A DNA stretch of 64,000 bases from an uncultured bacterium (GTDB lineage: Bacteria; JAJVIF01; JAPKYR01). Below, in pieces: positions 50,875 through 60,101 of this stretch. A model generated the notes under the pieces. That model ran no database searches, was not told where the DNA came from, and saw only the letters and a list, made by a program, of their open reading frames with translations. Within the stretch, counting starts at the first letter, position 1. The number at the start of each line of letters is the position of its first letter. A program made the position numbers and the translations under genes. The stretch covers positions 10,493 to 74,492 of the forward strand of contig CBDURU010000004.1 in assembly GCA_965369865.1 (NCBI GenBank), given 5' to 3'.

Positions 50875-52311
50875 ATGAACAGGTATCTTACCTACCAGGA
50901 AGGGGAGTTCCTCTTCGAAGATGTAGCCTTGAGCGAGATCGCGGAAGAAATGTACACTCCGTTCTACGTGTACTCCAAGGCGGCGATATTTGAAAAAGTT
51001 GAGGCCTTCAAGCAGGCTTTTAACGATGTAAAGCCCATGATGACTTTCAACATGACGGCTCTCGACACCACGTTGATCCTGAAAATGCTGCAGGAGCGTG
51101 GATGTTCCCTCGCTGTCTCGAACCTGTCGGAGCTGAAACGGGCTATCGCCATCGGCTTCCCGCCAACATCAATCATTTTTAACTCATGCGGTGTCGCGGA
51201 TCACGAAATATCCGACCTCCTTAAAATCAAACCATTAATAATAAATGTCAGCAGTATTTTTGAGCTCGAACCTCTCAATACGTTTGGTGTAAAACTGGAC
51301 ACTGGCGTCAGGGTCGGGCTCAGGATCAATCCTGGAATAGATGTCGGAGGACTGGAAGGCGCGAACTCAGGCGCATCCGACAGCCGCGTCGGCATACAGA
51401 AAAATGAGTTAGATCTCGCGCTGGCTATGATCGAAAAATTTCCGCAGCTTAATTTTGTGGGGATCGCCTGCGACTTGGGCAGCCAGGTTGCCACACTCGC
51501 CCCCTGGATCAAAATGTCCCAGGACATGGCCGCTCTCTACAAGGAAATTAAAAATAAGGGGCATAATCTCGAATACCTCAACCTCGGTGGTGGATTCCCC
51601 GCAGCTTACAAGGATGTCGATTACCTTGAAATAAAGAAAATCGCGCGGAATATTATCCCCCATGTGGAGGATATCGAGTGTTGTATCGTTCTACAGCCTG
51701 GACGATATTTCACCGCTGAATCAGGGGTTCTGGTTACTTCCGTGCTTGGTGTAAAGGAAGCCGGTGCTAAAAAGTTCATCATCTGCGATGCTGGATTTTC
51801 CGAGTTTCCACGTTCCGCTCTGTACCGGATAAACCATGAAATCGTACCGGTCAAAGAACCCGCTGCTCCCATACCTGAACAAGCGTCCGCATTCGGAATT
51901 GGCGGAGATTCGACAGATCCTGTCGATGCAGCTACCGGCATGCACGATCCGGGTGAAATAATGGACCGTTCTGAATTGCCCGGTGAAGATGCGGTTGCCC
52001 CCCTGGCCGCGGAGCAGACCGAAGTCCCCTCAACTCCCGGTGACGCGGAAACGGTCCAACTGGTAGGGCCGGGTTCCGATGGACTTGATTATCTCGCCAG
52101 GGATGTCGAGATGTTTATTCCCGAAAGAGGCGACCTGCTTGCTGTCCTGAATGTCGGCGCCTACGGCAGGACGATGTCGAATAATTTAGAGTCAAGGCTC
52201 AAGCCCCCTGAAATTTTGATCGAACGGGATAAGTTTGAACTCATCAGGGAACGCGAAGTAACCGACGACCTGATTGGTCTTGACCTTGAAGAAAGCGGCA
52301 TCGAGGTTTAG
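50875..52311 (+). CDS. Diaminopimelate decarboxylase-like protein, predicted catalytically inactive
   Basis: Fold motifs TPFYVY, LRINP, GSQ, LGGG, PGR and GAYG retained. The PLP Lys motif reads FNMTAL, HxH reads ACD, and GPxC reads GPGS. Confidence 0.8.
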   Translation: MNRYLTYQEGEFLFEDVALSEIAEEMYTPFYVYSKAAIFEKVEAFKQAFNDVKPMMTFNMTALDTTLILKMLQERGCSLAVSNLSELKRAIAIGFPPTSIIFNSCGVADHEISDLLKIKPLIINVSSIFELEPLNTFGVKLDTGVRVGLRINPGIDVGGLEGANSGASDSRVGIQKNELDLALAMIEKFPQLNFVGIACDLGSQVATLAPWIKMSQDMAALYKEIKNKGHNLEYLNLGGGFPAAYKDVDYLEIKKIARNIIPHVEDIECCIVLQPGRYFTAESGVLVTSVLGVKEAGAKKFIICDAGFSEFPRSALYRINHEIVPVKEPAAPIPEQASAFGIGGDSTDPVDAATGMHDPGEIMDRSELPGEDAVAPLAAEQTEVPSTPGDAETVQLVGPGSDGLDYLARDVEMFIPERGDLLAVLNVGAYGRTMSNNLESRLKPPEILIERDKFELIREREVTDDLIGLDLEESGIEV

Positions 52312-52396
52312 GTAAATCCAATTAAACAAGTACGTCGTATTGGTAAACGATTGCTTACAGACTTGTCTGGGGATTTATCCTGTCGAGGTAACCGCA

Positions 52397-53272
52397 CTAC
52401 TTTTCTGGCTTCAGAACTTTTTTAACGCTTGAATACGCCATAAACCCGGTAATTACGATCGTTATTAACATTACCAGGATGACTAGAAGAATATCAATTA
52501 CTGGTATTCCACCAGATACAAGGAGACTATATAATCCTGCCCAATTAACAAGAACAACGTTAATAAACCAGAATATAATCCCAATGCATCCAAAAATTAT
52601 GTAACTCAAGATTACATTCCTGAATCTAAGGCTCGTGAAGATCGCCAGCAATGCGTAACTTACCATCAGACCCACATGGACCAGGAGAGAAACGGATAAC
52701 TGGAATGGACCAGGCCCGGGCAGGCAGAATATAAACGGATTGTGTGCATAAAAAGCAGATATGCTGTAAAACAGCCGGGCAACCAACGTTACTGTCGGAT
52801 AAATGGCAAACGATATCATCTGCAAAACTACCAGGGATTTAAATCCGTCCATTGGGTTTTGACTGATAAGATTGAGCTTCCCGCTGTCCGCATCATGCCT
52901 CATAAGTAACCGTCCCGGCCAGTGAAGTATCCAGATCGCGTAGAGAAATCCTGCAAACAGCACAAAATATATAGGTGTCAATCCGGGTGCAAGCCGGCTC
53001 AGGGGATTAATGTAGATAGGATTGCCCTGCGTTCCATAAATATAGATCGCCGGAAGGATGATCAGGTAGATCAGCTCGAAAATGAGACCGGTATTTCTGA
53101 CAGGTTCGTCTTCGATCATTTTTCTGGCCAGAATCGACAGGAACGGATCCTTGCTCCGGCTTATCAACCTGAGCAATTGAAGGCGTGGTGAAAATCTCGC
53201 TAACCCTGTAAGTTCAATTTCCGAAATACCGGAGGTTTGACTCACAGTGGAGTCGGATTGTGTAGTTACCAT
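52397..53272 (-). CDS. Hypothetical polytopic membrane protein
   Basis: About 6 hydrophobic helices; ABC-2 permease-like layout. Confidence 0.55.
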   Translation of the reverse strand: MVTTQSDSTVSQTSGISEIELTGLARFSPRLQLLRLISRSKDPFLSILARKMIEDEPVRNTGLIFELIYLIILPAIYIYGTQGNPIYINPLSRLAPGLTPIYFVLFAGFLYAIWILHWPGRLLMRHDADSGKLNLISQNPMDGFKSLVVLQMISFAIYPTVTLVARLFYSISAFYAHNPFIFCLPGPGPFQLSVSLLVHVGLMVSYALLAIFTSLRFRNVILSYIIFGCIGIIFWFINVVLVNWAGLYSLLVSGGIPVIDILLVILVMLITIVITGFMAYSSVKKVLKPEK

Positions 53273-53406
53273 CGTCCTTTTTCCCTTCCAATCTCCACAT
53301 ATTCAAAGGCTTCAGTATACTACCAGACCTGAGTAACCTTCCCAGGAATGAAATATTACTACTATTTCAGGTGCTAAAGCAAAAAGCTTTGTATAATAAA
53401 GTGACT

Positions 53407-54273
53407 ATGGGAACGGTTGAGGTTTCAAAATTCGCTTTTAAACCTGTACAAAAAAGTTCCGGCAGTGAATCTCCGTCGCGGGTGATTTTCAACTATGCAT
53501 ACCGTCGAATCTGGTCGGGTAATGGACTCTGGATTTTCGAGACCGTCCTGTGGTGCCTTGCTGGTGCTTATGTCGCGTTCTGGATTTTCGATCTCACAAG
53601 TTATCTGCTCGATTCAATTTTAGAATCTGTCTGCCGGGGCGGTTTACCGGCATTAACGCCGATCATTATCGGCATCGCTATTTATAAGGCTCAGGTGAAT
53701 ATCGGAACGGGAGATGAGTCGCTGAGAGGAGTGCCTTTGAGGGGATATCAGGTCGTGGGTCCGAGGTTCCTGGCGGTATTTTTAACTTGGTTACAGATAA
53801 TGGCACCTATGGTGGTGGTTTTAATCGTTATCATTCTGGGTATGATTTCAGAAACTACCTACTTTTCCTATAATCCCATTCCGGTTTTTTCTATGAGTTA
53901 CATTTTCATCACATGGATCGCCGGCGATAATATTTTTGCAAACATCTCGAATTCTGTCCATACAGGTGAAATAACTCCAGTAGTTATTCTCTTTTTACAG
54001 GCCCTTGGGTGGGGGCTAGTACCCATCTCCTGGGGATTGATCTGGGCTACGGTCTACCAGCGACATGGAGGACCGTTCCTGCTAGCCTTTCTCCTTTACC
54101 TCCTTATCCCGGCGGTATATTTCTCTGCCATTTACTGGAATGTTTTTGGGTCATATTACGAAGATCAATCCCTGTTCTGGACATTAGTTTATATATACGT
54201 GTTTGGATTTTTACTCCTTGCGGCACTTTTTTTCCGAATAGCCTGCACTTTATGGGACAGGAGGTCTGGATGA
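53407..54273 (+). CDS. Hypothetical polytopic membrane protein (ABC-2 permease-like)
   Basis: 6-7 TM helices; E.L...PL....V...F loop; TATAAT just upstream. Confidence 0.55.
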   Translation: MGTVEVSKFAFKPVQKSSGSESPSRVIFNYAYRRIWSGNGLWIFETVLWCLAGAYVAFWIFDLTSYLLDSILESVCRGGLPALTPIIIGIAIYKAQVNIGTGDESLRGVPLRGYQVVGPRFLAVFLTWLQIMAPMVVVLIVIILGMISETTYFSYNPIPVFSMSYIFITWIAGDNIFANISNSVHTGEITPVVILFLQALGWGLVPISWGLIWATVYQRHGGPFLLAFLLYLLIPAVYFSAIYWNVFGSYYEDQSLFWTLVYIYVFGFLLLAALFFRIACTLWDRRSG

Positions 54274-55265
54274 GAAGGTTACGGTTTCTGGTCCCGCTGT
54301 TTTTATTTATTGTTTGCATCTCTGTTGCTTTTGCTAATGTTGTGAGCAGGCGCCAGGCTGTAAGGAGGATGTTCAATGATGCAGGCAGGGATGGGAATCC
54401 GGTATTATTTTTCCAGAACAAGAACCAGTATCCAATCGAGAATTATTTGGCTTCGTTAGGCCACCGACCTATTAAGCTATTCACTAGAAGCATGGGACAA
54501 TCTTTGTGGGTGCTATTTTTTTCATCAAATGGAGCCTTACATATGGTTAGTGAAATGCCAGTTATCGATACTTATGAGCACTGGACAATCAATTTTCCCG
54601 AAATCCACTCAATCAGGGATGATGAATGGGGGTCAGACTTTTTATGGAGATTCCCTGATGCAGGTGTACCCCTTACCGGTTCAACCCACCAGCAAATTAT
54701 CTCGGCTGGTTTAGACCACTATCGAATCCTAGATCTTGAAAGCGGTAAATACACATCCAGTGATTTTGTAAGTCCAAGACCGAGGTCGACATCTCAGTAT
54801 AGCTTAGGTGAATCCAAGCTCAGTCCAGATGGTAGGTACATCATCACCCGGGCATTGTACTCCACAGATTTATGGAATATATGGAAATATGACATTCAGG
54901 AAGGTGTGTGGACTAATATTATCGAAGAACAGAACGGTTACATTCTAAATGTGGGTCCTGAAGCCAAAATTATAGGCCTTGGAAATTTCAGAACCAGCCC
55001 GGAATATACAGTATTTTTCGATGGACTAACCGGGGAAGCCATTCACACAGTCCAGAACAGTACCACTTCATTTATTGGTGAAAGGTGGATTGTATGCCAG
55101 CCATACCCGAGAAAGAGTGATTTAATATTTATTGACATGGAAGATAACTGGAAGGAATACCGGATTACACTCCCAACCGATAACGTTTTAAGAATGGCTG
55201 TATACATACCCCCGCCGGGCGGGATTGAGGAAATGCTTCGTATGCGTCAAGAAGCGCAGGAATGA
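54270..55265 (+). CDS. Hypothetical exported protein, possible beta-propeller (start moved to ATG 54270)
   Basis: Signal peptide MRRLRFLVPLFLFIVCISVAFA; LSPDGRY motif; AGGAGG RBS and ATGA overlap. Confidence 0.6.
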   Translation: MRRLRFLVPLFLFIVCISVAFANVVSRRQAVRRMFNDAGRDGNPVLFFQNKNQYPIENYLASLGHRPIKLFTRSMGQSLWVLFFSSNGALHMVSEMPVIDTYEHWTINFPEIHSIRDDEWGSDFLWRFPDAGVPLTGSTHQQIISAGLDHYRILDLESGKYTSSDFVSPRPRSTSQYSLGESKLSPDGRYIITRALYSTDLWNIWKYDIQEGVWTNIIEEQNGYILNVGPEAKIIGLGNFRTSPEYTVFFDGLTGEAIHTVQNSTTSFIGERWIVCQPYPRKSDLIFIDMEDNWKEYRITLPTDNVLRMAVYIPPPGGIEEMLRMRQEAQE

Positions 55266-55292
55266 ACACTAACGAAATTCAGTTCCCATACT

Positions 55293-55931
55293 TTAAGAAA
55301 TAAAATCGCAGCCTTTATCGCGGTTGTGGTTCGATGCAATACAGTTCACCAGGATTTCAATCGTTTCATCATCGCTGAATGGTTCAGGGATGATGCCCTC
55401 CGGTCTGAGCGCGGTGGTTATTCTGGCGGCAAGTCCGCGGCTGAGAATGCACCAGGCGCATTTGGTCGGGTCAGTATCCGGTTTAACCGTTCCGTCCTTG
55501 ATCCCTCTTTCAATAAGGGTTTGGAGGAAATCGTTCAGCTTGACAAACCCATCCTGGACTAGTTCGCGGAGACTTTCATACCGCTCCGACGCGGCCATCC
55601 CATGCACAAGGAAGGCGTAGACATGGAGGTTCTCTTCCGGTCCGTAAACCATGGCTTTGACTGCACTCCGAAGCGCGGAAATACCATCCGGTTTAGCCTG
55701 TGCCGCTTTACGCAGAGAACCATCGATCAGTTCACCAAGACCCTTAACCACCTCGCGGAACAGGTCTTCCTTCCCTGAGAAATGTTTGTAGAGTAAGGCT
55801 TCGTTTACCTTGCACGCTTCGGCAATTTCACGCACGCTGACCCCGTCATAACCATAAAGACTGAAATAACGACCAGCTTTCTGGAGAATATCCTGCCGCC
55901 TTTCCACTCGAGTTAGTTTCACGTTTGACAT
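55293..55931 (-). CDS. TetR/AcrR-family transcriptional regulator
   Basis: F...GYDGVSVREIA...V..ALLYKHF.GKEDL HTH. Confidence 0.92.
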   Translation of the reverse strand: MSNVKLTRVERRQDILQKAGRYFSLYGYDGVSVREIAEACKVNEALLYKHFSGKEDLFREVVKGLGELIDGSLRKAAQAKPDGISALRSAVKAMVYGPEENLHVYAFLVHGMAASERYESLRELVQDGFVKLNDFLQTLIERGIKDGTVKPDTDPTKCAWCILSRGLAARITTALRPEGIIPEPFSDDETIEILVNCIASNHNRDKGCDFIS

Positions 55932-56020
55932 GGTCCCTCAATCCTGACTGACCAAAAATTGGGCCTCTTAAGATCAATATCCTATACCTATTGCAGCGTA
56001 AAGTCAAAGACAACGGATGT

Positions 56021-57451
56021 TTATATCCGGATAACCAGTACCCGTTCTTCTGTCATTTCATGCATCGTGCAACTGATTCCTTCCCGACCCTGCCCGGATT
56101 CCTTCGTCCCGCCGTATGGATAATTATCCACCCTGAATGTCGGGATTTCATTTGCTATCACCCCGCCAACCTCAAGCTCTTGGTACGCCTGCATGATCCG
56201 GTTGATATCTTTCGTGAAAATCCCCGCCTGGAGCCCGAAAATTGAATCATTCACCAGTTCGAGTGCTTCACCATCCCAGTTTTGATATGGCATCACAATA
56301 ATTACAGGACCGAACAATTCGCCGGCATAAACCTTCGCATCGCGTGGGACATCGCTTAAAATCGTCGGACTTATTACTTGTCCATCTCTATTGCCCCTGA
56401 GTAACGCTTTTGCTCCCCCCTCAATTGCCTCTTCTATCCATGCCTCCACACGGTCGGCTTCCGAAGCGGTTATCATCGGACCGACAATCGTTTCTTCATC
56501 TGCCGGGTCGCCGGATTTGACTTGTTTCGACAGATCTATGAGCATTTTGACGAATGTATCGTAAATCGGCTCGTGGATGAATACTCTCTGGACACTGATA
56601 CATATCTGCCCGGCATGAGCGAAACCCCCGAAAACGATTTTCTTAGCGGCATATTCAATATCCGCGTCCTCGTGGACAATCACACCCGCATTTCCACCGA
56701 GTTCCAGCGCGACACGTTTTTTCCCCGCGATTTTTTTCAGCTTCCATCCGACCTCCGCACTCCCGGTAAATGAAAGTATTTTCGCGCGGTCATCGGTAAC
56801 CAGTTTCTCAAACGATGGGCCGGGGCAGGGGATAACATTTACTGAACCGGGTGGTAATCCCGCCTCGTGACAAACTTCCGCTAGTTTCAACGCCGTAAAG
56901 GGCGTTTCGCTCGATGGTTTGATAATCGTAGGGCATCCGACAGCGATCGCAGGCGCTAATTTATGCATGATCAGGTTCAATGGAAAATTGAACGGGCTGA
57001 TCGCAAGCGCAGGGCCGAGCGGGACTCGTCCGACAAGCCCGGTATAATTTTCCATTCCGGGATGGATATCGAGAGCAAGCCAGTCGCCACCGAAACGTAA
57101 AGCCTCCTCCGCCGCGTACCTTGAAACCAACCGGCTTCGATTTACCTCCGCTTCGGCAAGCTTGATCGGTTTCCCGCCTTCACTACAGATCAGGCGGGCG
57201 AACTCATCCTCCCTTGCCGCGATTCCCTGAGATAAATTATGAAGGAGTTGCGACCGCTCGTGGCGTGCCATCGACTTAAAAGGCTTGAAAGAATCCACCG
57301 AACCCGCCATTGCGCTTTCGAGCAGTTTGTCATCCGAAACCGGGCACTCCGCGATGGTCTCACCGTTGAATGGGTTTAATACCGGACGGTAATCTTTCGT
57401 CGCGATGAATTCCCCGTTGACGTAACACTTGCCCTTTTCGATTTTTACCAT
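56021..57451 (-). CDS. Aldehyde dehydrogenase family protein
   Basis: PFNFPLN, FTGS, LELGGN, GQICIS (catalytic Cys), ELFGP, PYGG.K.SG. Confidence 0.93.
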   Translation of the reverse strand: MVKIEKGKCYVNGEFIATKDYRPVLNPFNGETIAECPVSDDKLLESAMAGSVDSFKPFKSMARHERSQLLHNLSQGIAAREDEFARLICSEGGKPIKLAEAEVNRSRLVSRYAAEEALRFGGDWLALDIHPGMENYTGLVGRVPLGPALAISPFNFPLNLIMHKLAPAIAVGCPTIIKPSSETPFTALKLAEVCHEAGLPPGSVNVIPCPGPSFEKLVTDDRAKILSFTGSAEVGWKLKKIAGKKRVALELGGNAGVIVHEDADIEYAAKKIVFGGFAHAGQICISVQRVFIHEPIYDTFVKMLIDLSKQVKSGDPADEETIVGPMITASEADRVEAWIEEAIEGGAKALLRGNRDGQVISPTILSDVPRDAKVYAGELFGPVIIVMPYQNWDGEALELVNDSIFGLQAGIFTKDINRIMQAYQELEVGGVIANEIPTFRVDNYPYGGTKESGQGREGISCTMHEMTEERVLVIRI

Positions 57452-57477
57452 GATGATTTACCCCTGTTTTTCTTACT

Positions 57478-58122
57478 TTATTGGATATCCAGCCTTAACC
57501 TGATTTCATCCCTGACCGGGATTCCCGCGAATCCTTCCGGAGGTCCGCCATGCTGTCGCACAACCTCTTCAGTAATCACTTCTTCAATTACAAATCCGGC
57601 ACGCTGGTAGAAATACAGCGCGGGAAGATTATCGTTCGTTGTCCCGAGTTTGATTGACGGGAGCTGAAGCTTCCTGCACTCTGTGATAACCGCATCTAGA
57701 AGTTTCCGTCCAACGCCGCGGTAGTGCCAGCCGGGCCAGACATTGAACACTACTATATGAAGGAAATCCTCATCCTCTTCGTATATTGAAACCTGCCCGG
57801 CGATACCGTGATAATTTTCATCCAGCGCACCCGGCTCATCGGGGAGCGGCACAGCGAGAATGTTCCGGCATTCAAACACGTTGTACATGCGGCCGAAAAT
57901 ATCCTGCTCGACTGAATTCCAGAAAAAATTATTGATGGCTTCAATCGCCTTCCTTTCGTCCTCATTCTCAGTTTCCACGAACCTTATCGTTCCCCGGAAT
58001 CCTGCCTGCCTCGAAATTTCGTCGTGTCCCGCCGTTACGATAGACGCGTCGCCAAGCGTGAGCGGTTTTAAGGATAAGCCCGACCGGTAGAGGTGTCGAT
58101 CGGTGATTCGTTCATCACTCAT
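57478..58122 (-). CDS. GNAT-family N-acetyltransferase
   Basis: RGVGRKLL and TTNDNLPALYFYQRAGF motifs. Confidence 0.85.
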   Translation of the reverse strand: MSDERITDRHLYRSGLSLKPLTLGDASIVTAGHDEISRQAGFRGTIRFVETENEDERKAIEAINNFFWNSVEQDIFGRMYNVFECRNILAVPLPDEPGALDENYHGIAGQVSIYEEDEDFLHIVVFNVWPGWHYRGVGRKLLDAVITECRKLQLPSIKLGTTNDNLPALYFYQRAGFVIEEVITEEVVRQHGGPPEGFAGIPVRDEIRLRLDIQ

Positions 58123-58978
58123 GATTCGATCCAGTGTCGTTTAAAATTGAAAATGCAACCTCGATGGCTTCCCTGACAGCTTTGACATCATGCACCCTGA
58201 AAATCCTGGCGCCTGAATTTAACCCCATCACACATGCCCCGATCGTCCCATACAACCTGTCCGTTACATCATTTCCAAGGATTTCCCCGATAAAACGTTT
58301 CCGCGACGGACCTATCATTAATGGCCGTCCGTATTTCAACCACTCACCGCAACGCCTGAGAATTTCGAGATTATGCCCGAGCAGTTTTCCGAACCCGATA
58401 CCGGGATCAAGGATAATATTTTCTTTAGGAATGCCCCTGCCGATCGCAAAATCCAGCCGCTCTTCGAAAAACTCACCGATTTCTCCGATGACATCGTCAT
58501 AGTGCGGCTCCGCCTGCATAAGTTTCGGCCTTCCCTGCATATGCATCAGAACCACACCGAGATTTTCCCCGGCTATTAAATACGCCAGTTCGGGTTCATC
58601 ATTGAGCGCGGATACATCATTTACTATCACAGCACCCGCACTTACAGCTTTACCCGCGACCTCGACCTTCCTTGTATCGATGGAGATCGGTGTCGTGACG
58701 CCCTTTCCCTTGATCCCTTCGATAACCGGAATCACACGGTCGATCTCTTCCTGGAGGAGCACCGGGTCACTTTCCGGACGTGTCGATTCCCCGCCGATAT
58801 CGATAATGTCCGCGCCCTGTTTTACCAGGTCGACCGCGTGATCAATCGCATTTTCCGGATCGATAAATTCTCCGCCATCAAAAAAACTGTCGGGAGTTAC
58901 ATTTACTATTCCCATTATTACCGGACGGGTGGTGTCGAGCGCATGTCCGCAAAATGTCCATCTACCGGGAATAGTCAT
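58115..58978 (-). CDS. folP: Dihydropteroate synthase
   Basis: MGIVNVTPDSF, GGESTRP, DPGIGFGK, SRKRF and RVHDV motifs. Confidence 0.96.
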   Translation of the reverse strand: MTIPGRWTFCGHALDTTRPVIMGIVNVTPDSFFDGGEFIDPENAIDHAVDLVKQGADIIDIGGESTRPESDPVLLQEEIDRVIPVIEGIKGKGVTTPISIDTRKVEVAGKAVSAGAVIVNDVSALNDEPELAYLIAGENLGVVLMHMQGRPKLMQAEPHYDDVIGEIGEFFEERLDFAIGRGIPKENIILDPGIGFGKLLGHNLEILRRCGEWLKYGRPLMIGPSRKRFIGEILGNDVTDRLYGTIGACVMGLNSGARIFRVHDVKAVREAIEVAFSILNDTGSNHE

Positions 58979-59017
58979 AATACGGGAAGTATATAAAAAA
59001 ATTCCCGGAGAGCAAGG

Positions 59018-59716
59018 TCAACTCAATATTTCAAGACCCAGCAACCGGGAAATATTCTTCACTATCGAGTCCTCAACCTCACTAAATTCGACCGCATTCT
59101 CCGCAAGATCGACGAGCCTTGTTACCGGGTTGTCCCCAATCCCGCATGGGACGATCAAATTAAAAAAATCGAGATCGACGTCCACATTGAACGCGAGGCC
59201 GTGCTTTGTGATTCCCCCCGATTTCACCGCCGCGCCGACCGCCCCTATTTTTCCCCGATCCGTCCAGCATCCCCGGTATCTTTCGCGCGTATAAGCCTGT
59301 ACTCCATATTCCGCGCAGGTTACTATCATTGTGTTTTCAAGCAGCCTGATATACTCGCCCGCTCTGAGTCCTAGCTCTTTCAATGCAAGGATCGGATAGG
59401 CAACCACCTGTCCGAGCCCGTGGAATGTTACATCCCCGCCACGGTCGATATCCCTGAGATCGATCCCGCGTTCGTTGTATTCCCCGGGTGTTAAAAGCAG
59501 GCTCTCGCTGTTTGTCGACCTCCCGCACGTGATCACCGGATCGTGTTCCAGCGAGAAAATTACCGGAAGTCCCGCGCCGGATTCCCTGTATGTTTCAATC
59601 GCTCTTTCCTGGAGAACAAGCGCGTCATCGAATGAAATTCGCCCGCACCTCTCATGCCTGATAAAAGAAACAGGCTTTAATGCCTGTTTTACGCGATCTC
59701 GATTAAGTTCATGCAT
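59018..59716 (-). CDS. lipB: Lipoyl(octanoyl) transferase
   Basis: EHDPV.T.GR, RGGDVTFHG.GQ, KIGAVG, HGLAFN and IVPCG motifs. Confidence 0.92.
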   Translation of the reverse strand: MHELNRDRVKQALKPVSFIRHERCGRISFDDALVLQERAIETYRESGAGLPVIFSLEHDPVITCGRSTNSESLLLTPGEYNERGIDLRDIDRGGDVTFHGLGQVVAYPILALKELGLRAGEYIRLLENTMIVTCAEYGVQAYTRERYRGCWTDRGKIGAVGAAVKSGGITKHGLAFNVDVDLDFFNLIVPCGIGDNPVTRLVDLAENAVEFSEVEDSIVKNISRLLGLEILS

Positions 59717-59721
59717 GATTA

Positions 59722-59988
59722 CTAATCCTTATGGGATGACAGCGGCGCACCCTCGACCTCATACACTCCCTTGTCCTTCCTGACCAGCTTCGAGAATCCC
59801 TTTTCCTTGAGGCTTGATGACGACAGGTGGTCGATCGTGAAATTGGCCGTGGTAATTATCCGCTTCACTTTCCTGCCGCACTTCGGGCATTTCGAAAAGT
59901 GTTCGCTCCCGAATTCCTGGTGCACTTCGATTTCCTTCTTGCATCCCTTACCGGGCTTATTCATATGTTCGTAGACATAAACAGGCAT
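59722..59988 (-). CDS. FmdB-family zinc-ribbon protein (start moved to 59988)
   Basis: MPVYVYE...C...E..Q......CPKCG..V.RII pattern. Confidence 0.8.
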   Translation of the reverse strand: MPVYVYEHMNKPGKGCKKEIEVHQEFGSEHFSKCPKCGRKVKRIITTANFTIDHLSSSSLKEKGFSKLVRKDKGVYEVEGAPLSSHKD

Positions 59989-60101
59989 CAGATGTAATTC
60001 TACAACCCAATTCCTGGAAGTACAACATTCATGGCCTGTTGAATACCCGCTCTGATGGTATACTGAATTGTCTCTACTGAACCCGATGGAGGACATCTGC
60101 T

